In this document: piece by piece, positions 1 through 9,503 of the stretch
Position numbering within the stretch: the first letter of the stretch is position 1
Layout of the letters: each line of letters starts with the position of its first letter
Assembly (NCBI GenBank): GCA_017557785.1
Contig: JAFYYA010000069.1
Span: 4,288-68,287, forward strand
Direction: 5' to 3'
Length of the DNA: 64,000 nucleotides
Source of the DNA: Salinivirgaceae bacterium
Lineage (GTDB): Bacteria; Bacteroidota; Bacteroidia; Bacteroidales; SZUA-534
Position numbers and translations under genes: made by a program
Notes under the pieces: model-generated
Database searches by the model: none
The model's input: only the letters and a program-made list of their open reading frames with translations
Told to the model about the DNA's origin: nothing

Positions 1-799
1 TGGTATCCCATTTTATCTCGCCCTTGTAGCCCACAACTTTCGCCACAAGTTCGGTCAACTGTTTTATTGTCAACTCTTTGCCCGTTCCCGCATTGACGGT
101 TTCGTTGCCGCTGTAGTTGTTCATCAGGAAGACGCACAGATTGGCAAGGTCGTCAACATAAAGGAACTCACGCAGCGGACTGCCGTCGCCCCAGCAGGTT
201 ACCGACGCCGCACCCGATACCTTCGCCTCGTGGAAACGCCGAATCAAGGCGGGCAGCACGTGGCTGTGCTCGGGGTGGTAGTTGTCGTTCGGGCCGTAAA
301 GGTTGGTCGGCATCACGCTGATATAATCGGTGCCGTATTGTCGGTTCAGGAACTCGCAGTATTTCAGGCCTGAAATCTTCGCCAAAGCGTAGGCCTCGTT
401 GGTTTTTTCCAATTCCGACGTCAGCAAGCACGACTCTTTCATCGGCTGCGGCGCCATTCGCGGATAAATGCACGACGAGCCCAAAAACTCAAGTTTCTTG
501 CAACCGTTCTGCCAGGCAGCGTGTATCACGTTCATTTCCAGTATCATATTCTGATACATAAAATCGGCCAATGCGCTTTGGTTGGCCACAATGCCACCCA
601 CTTTCGCCGCAGCCAGAAAAACATATTCGGGTTTCTCGGCCGCAAAAAACGCCTCAACATCCGCCTGACGGCAAAGGTCGAGTTCCTTATGGGTGCGGGT
701 GATTATGTTGTTGTAGCCCTGCCGCTGCAACTCGCGCACAATGGCCGAACCCACCATTCCGCGGTGGCCTGCTACGTAGATTTTACTGTCTTTTTCCAT
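1..799 (-). CDS. fcl: GDP-L-fucose synthase (GDP-4-keto-6-deoxy-D-mannose epimerase/reductase); C-terminal end cut by the window edge
   Basis: Absent from the ORF track because it runs off the window. My reverse-strand translation from ATG (complement of 797-799) reads [29 protein letters not shown]...[10 protein letters not shown]...GSSCIYP...[10 protein letters not shown]...[24 protein letters not shown]. That gives a GxxGxxG Rossmann motif plus a YxxxK SDR signature typical of Fcl/WcaG. It lies in the same orientation as gmd. Confidence 0.9.
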   Translation of the reverse strand, partial: MEKDSKIYVAGHRGMVGSAIVRELQRQGYNNIITRTHKELDLCRQADVEAFFAAEKPEYVFLAAAKVGGIVANQSALADFMYQNMILEMNVIHAAWQNGCKKLEFLGSSCIYPRMAPQPMKESCLLTSELEKTNEAYALAKISGLKYCEFLNRQYGTDYISVMPTNLYGPNDNYHPEHSHVLPALIRRFHEAKVSGAASVTCWGDGSPLREFLYVDDLANLCVFLMNNYSGNETVNAGTGKELTIKQLTELVAKVVGYKGEIKWDT

Positions 800-814
800 A
801 TTTTGATTTTTATT

Positions 815-1327
815 TCTAACCAAACTAACCCTAATTAAATCCAAATACTTTAATACAACCACTTTGGAATATCCCCTGTGTAGTTAAAGTTTTTAATTCT
901 GTCATAGCCTTTGCCCATTACAAAATCATCCACATTGAAATTTATCAAATATCCTAAAGGTTTATTTGTCAAATTAAGGTAGTTGCTAATTTGTTTATAA
1001 TGAATATTTTCGAATGCAGCAATTGATTTTAGTTCAAGAATCATAATATTCTCAACTAAAATATCAATCCGAAACCCTAATCCTAAATCTTCTCCACAAT
1101 ATTCAACATTAATAGGCACTTCTGATTCCGCTCTAATATCTTGTCTTCTCAATTCAACCATCATCGCTTTCCTATACACAGACTCTAAAAGACCTGTACC
1201 CAATGTCGAATAAACTTTCATTGCGCACCCTATCACTTTATACGCTAAAGTGTTCTTTTTATCGCAATAATCGATATATTCTTCTAACATAATCAATTAG
1301 GGTTTGTTTTGGATTCGTTTGGTTAGA
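815..1327. repeat. Inverted-repeat-bounded cassette carrying the GxxExxY ORF
   Basis: TCTAACCAAAC (815-825) is the perfect reverse complement of GTTTGGTTAGA (1317-1327). Inner blocks also pair: AACCCTAATT (827-836) with AATTAGGGTT (1295-1304), and AATCCAAA (838-845) with TTTGGATT (1308-1315). The cassette fills the fcl-gmd spacer, 16 nt from the fcl start and 8 nt from the gmd stop. Confidence 0.6.
850..1290 (-). CDS. GxxExxY protein (PD-(D/E)XK nuclease-fold family)
   Basis: The translation contains the name-giving motif GLLESVY followed by ...[17 protein letters not shown] (a D...ExK-like core). The ORF-track start at 1296 is TTG and I prefer ATG at 1288-1290. Hand count on line 901-960 gives 20/60 G+C, far below the flanking genes. 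Confidence 0.75.
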   Translation of the reverse strand: MLEEYIDYCDKKNTLAYKVIGCAMKVYSTLGTGLLESVYRKAMMVELRRQDIRAESEVPINVEYCGEDLGLGFRIDILVENIMILELKSIAAFENIHYKQISNYLNLTNKPLGYLINFNVDDFVMGKGYDRIKNFNYTGDIPKWLY

Positions 1328-1334
1328 GACAAAA

Positions 1335-2423
1335 TTATTCCATGTTCGCTTTTAAATGCAGTTTCTTCACAAACTTCATATCGTGCTCAACCATAATCTT
1401 CACCAAATCTTCGAACGACGTTTTACGCGGGTTCCAGCCTAACTGTGTTTTGGCCTTTGTAGGGTCACCTAAAAGTTGGTCAACCTCGGCGGGACGGAAA
1501 TATTTCGGGTCAACCTCGACCAGAACCTTGCCCGTGGCTACATCAATGCCCTTCTCGTTCACACCTTCGCCTTCCCAACGCAGATTGACGCCCAAAGTCT
1601 TGAACGCCAGCGTGCAGAAGTCGCGGACGGTGTGATACTCGCCTGTAGCAATCACAAAATCGTCGGGTTTTTCCTGCTGAAGAATCAGCCACATACACTC
1701 AACATAATCCTTTGCGTAGCCCCAGTCGCGCAGCGAGTTCAGATTGCCCAGATAGAGTTTGTCCTGATAGCCCTGCACAATGCGTGCGGCTGCCAGCGTA
1801 ATCTTGCGCGTAACGAATGTCTCGCCGCGGCGCTCGCTCTCGTGGTTGAACAGAATGCCATTGCAAGCGTACATTCCGTACGACTCGCGGTAGTTCTTCG
1901 TAATCCAGAAACCGTATTGCTTTGCAACACCATACGGGCTGCGCGGATAGAACGGTGTAGTCTCTTTCTGCGGCACTTCCTGCACCAAACCAAACAGTTC
2001 AGAAGTCGATGCCTGATAAATCTTGCATTTCTTCTCAAGCCCGAGAATGCGCACAGCCTCAAGCAGGCGCAGCGTGCCGACAGCATCGGCCTCGGCAGTG
2101 TATTCAGGCACGTCGAACGACACCTTCACGTGGCTCTGCGCGGCCAGATTGTAGATTTCGTCGGGCTGCACAAGTTGGATAATGCGGATAAGCGAACTCG
2201 AGTCGGTCATATCGCCATAGTGCAGATTGATAAGGCGTTTCTGCTTCATATCGCGCACCCACTCGTCAAGGTAAAGGTGCTCAATGCGCCCCGTGTTGAA
2301 CGACGACGAACGGCGCATAATGCCGTGAACCTCATAATCTTTTTCCAAAAGAAACTCTGCCAGGAACGAACCATCCTGACCTGTTATGCCTGTGATTAAT
2401 GCTACTTTTTTGCTCATAATCAT
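1335..2423 (-). CDS. gmd: GDP-mannose 4,6-dehydratase
   Basis: 362 aa reading [47 protein letters not shown]...[13 protein letters not shown]...[50 protein letters not shown]. This is the canonical Gmd sequence pattern. Confidence 0.95.
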   Translation of the reverse strand: MIMSKKVALITGITGQDGSFLAEFLLEKDYEVHGIMRRSSSFNTGRIEHLYLDEWVRDMKQKRLINLHYGDMTDSSSLIRIIQLVQPDEIYNLAAQSHVKVSFDVPEYTAEADAVGTLRLLEAVRILGLEKKCKIYQASTSELFGLVQEVPQKETTPFYPRSPYGVAKQYGFWITKNYRESYGMYACNGILFNHESERRGETFVTRKITLAAARIVQGYQDKLYLGNLNSLRDWGYAKDYVECMWLILQQEKPDDFVIATGEYHTVRDFCTLAFKTLGVNLRWEGEGVNEKGIDVATGKVLVEVDPKYFRPAEVDQLLGDPTKAKTQLGWNPRKTSFEDLVKIMVEHDMKFVKKLHLKANME

Positions 2424-2492
2424 ACTGTTTTAGTCATTGCCTAAAAAACGCCACCAACCACTGCGCGGGGCGTTTGAAAACGAATTTTAAAG

Positions 2493-2526
2493 AAACAAAA
2501 AAGGTTGGACAATGCCCAACCTTTTA
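2493..2526 (-). terminator. Rho-independent terminator after the PpiD-like gene
   Basis: Stem AAGGTTGG (2501-2508) pairs with CCAACCTT (2516-2523) around a 7-nt loop. The A-run at 2495-2500 gives a T-run on the minus strand. The site is 20 nt downstream of the stop at 2547. Confidence 0.6.
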
Positions 2527-2546
2527 TGGTGATTTTAATCAATCTA

Positions 2547-4649
2547 CTAATAGAAGTTCGAACGGTTGTCCTCAATGTCGGCGGCAGCCTCGATTGCTGA
2601 CAGAACCTGATAGCCGGCTTTCGACATGTTGGTGCGTTGCAGCAACTCACGCTCGCGAGCCAAATCAATGTTTTCAGGTTTAACAACCTGCTTAACCTGA
2701 ATCAGGTAAACGCCGTTGTTACCCTTCAGCGGTGCGCTGATTTGTTGCTCAGGCAGTGTTACCATTGCGGCCTGAAGATTAGGCTCAACACCAACTGACG
2801 GAACTGAGTAAGAAGAGTAAGAAACGCTCTTAGCCTCTCTAACCTGCTCGCCAAGTTTGTCGGCAACAGACTGAAGAGTTGAAGCACCAGTGCTGGCGTC
2901 GCTGAGTTTTGAAATCAGATATTCGGCTTTCTTCTCAATCAGCACGCGGCGGGCAATATCGTTGCGAACCTCGTCGAGCGATGCTGTGCCTTCTTTGTGA
3001 ACACCTGCCACCATGGCGATTACAAACTGATTGTCGAGCTCAAAAATCTCTGAAATCTCGCCGTAACCAGCTTTGTAAACCCAACGGATAATCTGGCGCG
3101 GGCTTTCGAAGTTTGCCAAGCGGCGGTCGTCGCGTTTCACGTTTGCGGTGCGAAGAGTCAGACCTTCTTTGTCAGCATTGTTGCGGAACGACTCTAAGTT
3201 GCGGTTGCTGCTGCCGAAGCGGCTTGCGTTTGAATAGATGGCGTCAACAGTTTTGTTGCTTGCTGCCACTTCGCGGGCCAATATTGCAACTTGAACCTTC
3301 TGCGAAGGTGCGGTCTGGTTCTGAATCTCAACCACGTGATAGCCGAATTGTGTCTTCACAACAACCAAGTCACCCTTCTTGCCGAAGAAGCAAGCATCGT
3401 TGAACTCTTTCACCATCTGGCCCTCGGTGAACCAACCAAGGTTGCCACCGTCTTGTGCCGAACCGTCAGCAGAGAATTTCTCGGCCATTTCGGCAAACGA
3501 AGCGCCTTTCTTGATGGCGTTCAGAATACTGTCGGCTTTGGCTTTTGCCTCGTCCTCGGTCAAATCGGCCGACGGGCGGATGAGAATGTGACGGGCCTCA
3601 ACTGAATCTGCAACTCTTGCGCTGCCAATCTTGCGGGCCAGTTTCACATAGTTGCCTTCCTGATAAGGACCAACAACAGTGTTGTCAGCAGCGTCGAACA
3701 GGCTGGCAATCGGCTCTGAAAGATCTTCTTTAGCCAGATACTTGCCGCTGAAAGGCTGTTCCGACTCAAGATTTACAAACTGCTCAAGAGCGTCGCCGTC
3801 TTTGCTTGCAAATTCGTCTTTGATTTTTTCAACACTTTCAATTGTGGCAGTCAAGTCTTCGTCTGATGCTACAATCGGGAAAGTCACATAGTAAATGTCA
3901 CGCGACTCATCTTGTTTGAAATCAGACTCGTGAGCGCTGTAATATTTCTTCAGGTCGCTGTCGGTTACTTTCACAAGCGAATCGGCAACCGAGCTATAGC
4001 GCAGCTGAATGAAGTCGAAATCATATTTGATGTTCTTGTCGTCAGACTCTTTCTGAGCCTGAAGGTTGGTGGTGTACATTCCCATGCCAACCAGCGACAG
4101 GAATTTCTGGTCTTTCTTGTTCTGAACCAGGCTCTTCTCGAACGAAGCCCACGATGCGGCTGCCTGACCTGATGGATCCAATTCCTTGTTTTTCAGGAAC
4201 TGAACAACCAAATTGCGGTCGAACTGACCGGTTTGGGCATCGCGGAAGATTGGAATCTGCATAACCTGCGGGTCAACAAAGTTGCCTTGAACCATATCAA
4301 ACAACTCGTCGGCTGTTACATTGATGCCGGCTTTTTCATACTCTTCGTCAATAACATACTGACGGATAAGTTGTTCCCATGTCTGGTCCTGAATCTGATC
4401 ATAAACGTTTGTTTCCAGCGAGTTCTGCTGAGTGTTCTGCTTGTAGATCTCGGTGTTCTCGTCAACCTTTGCCTGATAGTACTGGATAGGAATATCAGTT
4501 CCGGCTATTGTGCCGACGTTGTTTCTTGAACTACCGAAAGTTCCGTCGGCTTTGAAAAGGTCGCCAACGATGAATGCCAATAAGGCCAATGCTACGATGA
4601 TTGTCACCAGTGTGCCTGCGTGGTCACGTATTTTCTGTAATGTTGCCAT
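2547..4649 (-). CDS. Membrane-anchored periplasmic peptidyl-prolyl isomerase/chaperone (PpiD/SurA-like)
   Basis: 700 aa with an N-terminal TM helix (LVTIIVALALLAFIVGDLF). It contains a parvulin PpiC domain: ARHILIRPSADL...GGNLGWFTEGQMVKEFNDACF...VKTQFGYHVVEI. Confidence 0.85.
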   Translation of the reverse strand: MATLQKIRDHAGTLVTIIVALALLAFIVGDLFKADGTFGSSRNNVGTIAGTDIPIQYYQAKVDENTEIYKQNTQQNSLETNVYDQIQDQTWEQLIRQYVIDEEYEKAGINVTADELFDMVQGNFVDPQVMQIPIFRDAQTGQFDRNLVVQFLKNKELDPSGQAAASWASFEKSLVQNKKDQKFLSLVGMGMYTTNLQAQKESDDKNIKYDFDFIQLRYSSVADSLVKVTDSDLKKYYSAHESDFKQDESRDIYYVTFPIVASDEDLTATIESVEKIKDEFASKDGDALEQFVNLESEQPFSGKYLAKEDLSEPIASLFDAADNTVVGPYQEGNYVKLARKIGSARVADSVEARHILIRPSADLTEDEAKAKADSILNAIKKGASFAEMAEKFSADGSAQDGGNLGWFTEGQMVKEFNDACFFGKKGDLVVVKTQFGYHVVEIQNQTAPSQKVQVAILAREVAASNKTVDAIYSNASRFGSSNRNLESFRNNADKEGLTLRTANVKRDDRRLANFESPRQIIRWVYKAGYGEISEIFELDNQFVIAMVAGVHKEGTASLDEVRNDIARRVLIEKKAEYLISKLSDASTGASTLQSVADKLGEQVREAKSVSYSSYSVPSVGVEPNLQAAMVTLPEQQISAPLKGNNGVYLIQVKQVVKPENIDLARERELLQRTNMSKAGYQVLSAIEAAADIEDNRSNFY

Positions 4650-4884
4650 TGTTTATTTTTTAAGGTTTATTTCAAAATTTTAGGCTACGAAGATAGTAAT
4701 TTTTAAAAACGGCATAGGAAAAAGGTTTTTTTTGAAAAACATCAGCAGCCAATTGATTATCAATGCTTTATCAAACGCTGTTTTTCGACTGCAATTACCT
4801 ATGACGGCAATCGGGCGTTACGAATAGCAACATTTTCAATCTGATTGCAACGAAACTGCCGCTACTGCGCGTTCAAATTTCCGG

Positions 4885-6132
4885 TTAGTTAACAATTATG
4901 TCGACAAGCTCGATTTTGGTGGCTGTGGCACGCAGAATGGTGAAGCGGAAATCGCCGACCACAATGGCGTCGTTCATCTTCGGAATGGCGCCGTGATGGG
5001 CAAGAATCAAGCCGGCCAGCGTTTCGTACTCGTCCGACACGGGCAGGTCAAGGCCGTATTTCTCATTGATGTAGTCGATTTCGAGCCGGGCAGAGAACTG
5101 ATAGTGGTTCTTGCCGAACTTGTGCTCGCGGTATCGCTTCTTGTCATACTCATCCTGAATGTCGCCTACAATCTCTTCCAAAATGTCTTCCATTGTCACA
5201 ATGCCCGATGTGCCGCCAAACTCATCAACCACGAGTGCCATACTGCGGTGGTTCTGGATGAAAAGCGCCAGCAGTTTGTTGGCAGGCATCGATTCGGGGA
5301 CAATCGGCATGTTGCGTGTGATGGCGGCAATGCTGGCCGGCTGCTGGAACATCGATATTGATGGCGCAAACCCCACCACATTATCGATAGAGCCTTTATA
5401 GACAATGATTTTCGAAAGTCCCGAACTGACAAACAGTTTCTTTAATTCGTCAAGGCTGTCGTTGATGGATATGGCCACAATTTCGGGCCGCGGAACCATA
5501 CACTCGCGCAGTTTCACCTTCGAGAAATCGAGCGCGTTGCGGAAAAGTTTCACATCGTTCGACTCATCATCGGTATCGGTGGCGCTCACCTGCTCATCGG
5601 CAAGCGAATCCCAGTCGACGGCGCCCCAATAAACGGCATCATCGCCTGATATCTTGTTGTGTGCAAACAAGTTCGACACGAGTCTTGATGTGTGGTAAAC
5701 CAATCGCGAAAGCAGGAAAAACAGATAGTAGAAGACAAAAACCGGCAGCGAAATAGCTTTCAAAAGGTTGTTGGACTCACTGCGGAACATGAGTTTTGGC
5801 AGAATCTCGCCGGCCAGCAAGTAAAGCAGAAAGGCGCACACAGCCTGCATGCAGAGCACCACCGCCACCCCGGCGGGAACGGACCACTCAAACCCGCAGT
5901 TGGCCATCAGCATCGCCATCGACACAATAACAATCAGATTGCCGATAGCCATTGTTGAATAGTACTGCGACGGATTGCCCATATAGAGCTCGATTATCTG
6001 CGAGAAAACGCGGTCCTGTTTCTTGTCGAGCTCAATGCGCAAGCGGTTGGCCGACACAAACGCCACTTCCATCGCCGAAAAAAACAACGCGAAAAGCGCA
6101 AGCACAATTAATAATATGTATTGAATTGCCAT
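4885..6132 (-). CDS. Hemolysin-family protein (DUF21 membrane domain, CBS pair, CorC_HlyC); GldE-like
   Basis: An N-terminal 4-TM DUF21 region (MAIQYILLIVLALFALFFSAMEVAFVSANRLRIEL) is followed by CBS-pair and CorC/HlyC C-terminal patterns (VVDEFGGTSGIVTMEDILEEIVGDIQDEYD). The ORF-track start at 6165 is TTG and I use ATG at 6130-6132. Confidence 0.85.
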   Translation of the reverse strand: MAIQYILLIVLALFALFFSAMEVAFVSANRLRIELDKKQDRVFSQIIELYMGNPSQYYSTMAIGNLIVIVSMAMLMANCGFEWSVPAGVAVVLCMQAVCAFLLYLLAGEILPKLMFRSESNNLLKAISLPVFVFYYLFFLLSRLVYHTSRLVSNLFAHNKISGDDAVYWGAVDWDSLADEQVSATDTDDESNDVKLFRNALDFSKVKLRECMVPRPEIVAISINDSLDELKKLFVSSGLSKIIVYKGSIDNVVGFAPSISMFQQPASIAAITRNMPIVPESMPANKLLALFIQNHRSMALVVDEFGGTSGIVTMEDILEEIVGDIQDEYDKKRYREHKFGKNHYQFSARLEIDYINEKYGLDLPVSDEYETLAGLILAHHGAIPKMNDAIVVGDFRFTILRATATKIELVDIIVN

Positions 6133-6183
6133 AGTTGTATTTGCTTCTTCCGCAAATGTAATCAATAAAATAATCGTACCGAT

Positions 6184-6702
6184 TTATTTCTCTCGCTTTC
6201 CGTAGGCCGACCGGCTCTCAGCCGCTATTGGCAGCGGCTCGTCGGTTGGCGTGGCGTACGTTTTTGGCTTGTAAATCGATAGGAAGTTCTGATTGAGCCG
6301 CATTTCCACTTCCCACATTGTTTGCTCAAAGCGGGCAGGCGTGAGCTGGCATTCCCAAACAACAATCACCTGCCAGCCGTTTTGCAGCAATATCTGGTAG
6401 TTCAGCTGGTCGCGCTCGCGATTGCGGTTGATTTTGGCCTGCCAGAAATCAACGTTGCTCTTTGGCATTCGAAACTTCGGGCAACCGCTGTGGCCGTGCC
6501 AGAAGCAACCGTTGACAAAAATAGCCGTGCGGTAGCGGCGCAGCACCACATCGGGTTTGCCCGGCACGCTACGTACATTGAGCCTATAGCGATAGCCGCG
6601 TTGCCACAGCCATTGTCGCACCTTCAGCTCGGGCTTGGTGTTGCGGCTGCGGATATGCGACATACAGCGGTGCCGCTGTTCGGGTGTTAATGGGTCGGGC
6701 AT
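6184..6702 (-). CDS. vsr: Very short patch repair endonuclease
   Basis: MSHIRSRNTKPELKVRQWLWQRGYRYRLNVRSVPGKPDVVLRRYRTAIFVNGCFWHGH..CPKFRMPKSNVDFWQAKINRNRERDQ...GWQVIVVWECQL is the textbook Vsr pattern (D in PDVV, FVNGCFWH, WEC). The ORF-track start at 6750 is TTG and I use ATG at 6700-6702. Confidence 0.9.
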   Translation of the reverse strand: MPDPLTPEQRHRCMSHIRSRNTKPELKVRQWLWQRGYRYRLNVRSVPGKPDVVLRRYRTAIFVNGCFWHGHSGCPKFRMPKSNVDFWQAKINRNRERDQLNYQILLQNGWQVIVVWECQLTPARFEQTMWEVEMRLNQNFLSIYKPKTYATPTDEPLPIAAESRSAYGKREK

Positions 6703-6855
6703 TTTGTTTTTTGAGATTTCAAATATTGTTAGCGAGTTGTTTATCGGCAAATGAACACCTTTATTTTATGGCAAAGGTACTGATAAATCTCAAACGTCAC
6801 GGTCAACTGGCCGTTGAATATCCGGCCACAGCGGTTTTCTTTTGTGTTTGTATTA

Positions 6856-7362
6856 ATGCAAAACAAAATGACACTGCAGGAAAAACTCGGGAAAGCCATT
6901 GTGCTGCTGCGCAAACAGCGAGGGTTGGCACAAGAGAAATTCGCCAACGAATCGGAAATCGACCGCCGCTATATGAGCGACATTGAGAACGGCAAGCGCA
7001 ACATATCAATCGATGTTATTGAACGGCTTGCTAAAAGCTTTGGAATCAGCGTTAGCGACTTGTTCGCAGTGGCGGAAAATATTGACAGCAACCGCACCCT
7101 TGACCAAATCAAAGAGTGGCTCTGCGATATGGGCTACGAAGATACCGTAGTGATGGAAAACCCCGATTACCTTTCTGCCATTGTCGGCGTCAGCGACGAC
7201 GGCCGCTTGATTTACGATTACGAGAAAATGGTTGAGCACCTTATGTCCACCGACGGAATGGACTACGAAGAAGCCAGCGAGTTTATCGATTTCAACACCA
7301 TTGGCGCGCTGCCCTATATGGGCGAGAAACGGCCGGTGATAATGAATAAGATTGAAGAATAA
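6856..7362 (+). CDS. XRE-family HTH transcriptional regulator with an unrecognised acidic C-terminal domain
   Basis: LQEKLGKAIVLLRKQRGLAQEKFANESEIDRRYMSDIENGKRNISIDVIERLAKSFGISVSDLF is an HTH_3 pattern. The roughly 100 aa C-terminal part (…YEDTVVMENPDYLSAIVGVSDDGRLIYDYEKMVEHLMSTDGMDYEEASEFIDFNTIGALPYMGEKRPVIM) is unassigned. The in-frame ATG 6856 is chosen, and ATG 6868 is also possible. The stop at 7360-7362 lies 2 nt before the next ATG. Confidence 0.8.
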   Translation: MQNKMTLQEKLGKAIVLLRKQRGLAQEKFANESEIDRRYMSDIENGKRNISIDVIERLAKSFGISVSDLFAVAENIDSNRTLDQIKEWLCDMGYEDTVVMENPDYLSAIVGVSDDGRLIYDYEKMVEHLMSTDGMDYEEASEFIDFNTIGALPYMGEKRPVIMNKIEE

Positions 7363-7364
7363 TT

Positions 7365-9473
7365 ATGGCAAGATGCTTATATTCAGACAGCTTTGTCCAA
7401 TTCATAAAAGCTGATGTAAACGCGGTTGTCGGGCAGTTGCATTGTAATTACCACGGTGATGCCCTTACCACGACCAACGAAGCTTGGAAGAGCGAAGTTG
7501 AGCTGTTGCAAACGGTTCTTGCACCTTGGCAAAATGAAGATGCTGAGATTATTTTTGAGTATGACATTCCGCGCCTTGGCAAACGCATAGATGTTGTGCT
7601 TCTGCTTCGCGGAATCATTTTTTGCCTTGAGTTCAAAGTCGGGCAAAAAGACGCATTACAGGCCGATGTTGACCAAGTGATGGATTATGCTCTTGACTTG
7701 AAAAATTTTCACAAATTCAGCCACGACCGCACAATCGTTCCAATTCTTATTCCAACAAATTATCCTTCAGCAACTTCCGAATTTCAACCGTCAGTCTATA
7801 ACGACGACATTTACAATCCTTTAATCTCGGGTGCCGATGGTCTGCAAAGCTTGATAAGCAAGGTTTTATTGCGAGAAAACACACCTTCGGGCACCATAGC
7901 CAATTGGGTGATAAGCCCTTACAAGCCAACGCCAACTATTGTTGAAGCAGCCAGAGCATTGTACGAGAATCATTCGGTTGAAGACATTACAAGGCACGAA
8001 GCCGACAATGTTTCGACAGATAGAACTATCAATTACATTCTCAGCATTATAGAACGAAGTAAAAACAGCGGGCAGAAAAGCATTTGCTTTGTGACGGGTG
8101 TTCCCGGCGCAGGAAAAACGCTTGTCGGGCTCGATGTGGCTATAAAACAGACGTGTAAGGACAAAGAAAATGGCGCGGTTTATCTGTCAGGCAACGGCCC
8201 GTTGGTTGCGGTTTTGACTGAAGCTCTTGCGCGTAATAATGTGGAAAAGAGCAAAATGCGTGGCGAGAAAAGAAACAAGTCCGATGCAGAACGCGACGTC
8301 AGAAAATTCATTCAGGTAATCCACCGTTATCGCGAGAATATGATTCTCAAAATTAAAAATCCGATAGAAAACGGTGTGGTTGAGATTGACCCCGAAAAAT
8401 CGATAAAGGTTGATGAAAAGTCGGGCCACGCCGAAGTTGAGCACGTTGCTATTTTCGACGAAGCGCAGCGCAGTTGGACGCACAAGCGCATAGCTGATTA
8501 TCTGAAGCGCGGCGGCACATACGGTAACAAAACGAAAGTTGCTGATTTCCCGATGTCAGAAGCTGAATTTTTGATTTGGTCGCTCGACCAGCGAAAAGAT
8601 TGGGCCACAATTGTTTGCCTTGTCGGTGGCGGTCAAGAGATAAACACGGGCGAAGCCGGCATTGCCGAGTGGATTGCGGCACTTAACAACCGGTTCCAGC
8701 ATTGGCAGGTATTTATTTCCGATAAACTGACCGAGCCCGAATATGCCGAAGGTCGCGTTAATGAACTATTGCAAAACAATCCGAAAGTTACGTTTGCGAA
8801 TGATTTGCACCTATCGGTCAGCCTACGCTCGTTTCGTGCCGAAAAACTATCGGCTTTCGTCCATTCAATGCTATCGTTCAATACCGATGCGGCGCTGTTA
8901 TACAATGAGATACAAAACCGAAATTATCCAATAGTTCTTACTCGCGACATAAACAAAGCCCGCAAATGGCTCAGGGATAAAGCTCGCGGAAACGAACACA
9001 CCGGTTTGCTTGTTACAAAAGTCGCGGCACGATTCAAACCATTGGCAGTTAGCGTATTGCAGCAAGGCGACGAGAACGCCATACATTGGTTTTTGGAAGA
9101 TAAAACAGATGTGCGTTCGTCGAATTATCTTGAAGACGCCGCAACCGAAATACAAGTGCAAGGTTTGGAACTCGACTACACCTGCGTGCTTTGGGACGCT
9201 GATATGAGATGCGACAATAATAAATGGACATTTTACAAATTCAGTAATACCACAAGCAAATGGTCGCCAGAGAGTAATGAAGAGAATCGTAAATATGCTC
9301 TCAACGCTTATCGTGTCCTACTTACTCGGGCTCGTCAGGGAATGGTTATTTGTGTTCCTTATGGCAACGAGAAGAAAAATGCTGATGGCTTTCCCGAAGA
9401 CCCGACACGTTTGCCCGAATTTTACAATAGCACATATAATTATCTGAAATCATTAGGATTGAAAGAATTGTGA
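7365..9473 (+). CDS. PD-(D/E)XK nuclease domain fused to a DUF2075-type SF1 helicase/ATPase
   Basis: The N-terminus reads EIIFEYDIPRLGKRIDVVLLLRGIIFCLEFKVGQ, with D at 7590-7592 and ExK at 7629-7637, a restriction-endonuclease-like core. Helicase motifs follow: Walker A GVPGAGKT (about 8095-8118), Walker B/DExx VAIFDEAQR, VCLVGGGQEINTGEAG (GDxxQ-like) and motif VI YRVLLTRARQGMVI. The overall layout and length match proteins usually labelled DUF2075. Confidence 0.8.
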   Translation: MARCLYSDSFVQFIKADVNAVVGQLHCNYHGDALTTTNEAWKSEVELLQTVLAPWQNEDAEIIFEYDIPRLGKRIDVVLLLRGIIFCLEFKVGQKDALQADVDQVMDYALDLKNFHKFSHDRTIVPILIPTNYPSATSEFQPSVYNDDIYNPLISGADGLQSLISKVLLRENTPSGTIANWVISPYKPTPTIVEAARALYENHSVEDITRHEADNVSTDRTINYILSIIERSKNSGQKSICFVTGVPGAGKTLVGLDVAIKQTCKDKENGAVYLSGNGPLVAVLTEALARNNVEKSKMRGEKRNKSDAERDVRKFIQVIHRYRENMILKIKNPIENGVVEIDPEKSIKVDEKSGHAEVEHVAIFDEAQRSWTHKRIADYLKRGGTYGNKTKVADFPMSEAEFLIWSLDQRKDWATIVCLVGGGQEINTGEAGIAEWIAALNNRFQHWQVFISDKLTEPEYAEGRVNELLQNNPKVTFANDLHLSVSLRSFRAEKLSAFVHSMLSFNTDAALLYNEIQNRNYPIVLTRDINKARKWLRDKARGNEHTGLLVTKVAARFKPLAVSVLQQGDENAIHWFLEDKTDVRSSNYLEDAATEIQVQGLELDYTCVLWDADMRCDNNKWTFYKFSNTTSKWSPESNEENRKYALNAYRVLLTRARQGMVICVPYGNEKKNADGFPEDPTRLPEFYNSTYNYLKSLGLKEL

Positions 9474-9503
9474 AACAATCTTGCAAAATTGTAAGTTTGC
9501 ATT

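Noticed and set aside
168-838. ORF-track entries 168-473 (minus) and 521-838 (plus) at the left edge.
   Set aside because: Both lie inside the fcl coding region in the wrong frame or strand. The real gene is the edge-truncated minus-strand frame that I translated by hand.
1476-2399. 307-aa plus-strand ORF inside gmd, together with the smaller 1342-1635 and 1739-2086 ORFs.
   Set aside because: These are antisense or out-of-frame shadows of a gene with an unmistakable Gmd translation. The products are R/A/L/H-rich low-complexity sequences with no motifs.
6684-6986. 100-aa plus-strand ORF bridging the vsr start and the XRE gene. The upstream extension of the XRE ORF from 6814 was also considered.
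   Set aside because: It is out of frame with the HTH domain. The extension has a non-ATG start and adds a hydrophobic junk peptide. The in-frame ATG 6856 gives a normal HTH_3 N-terminus.
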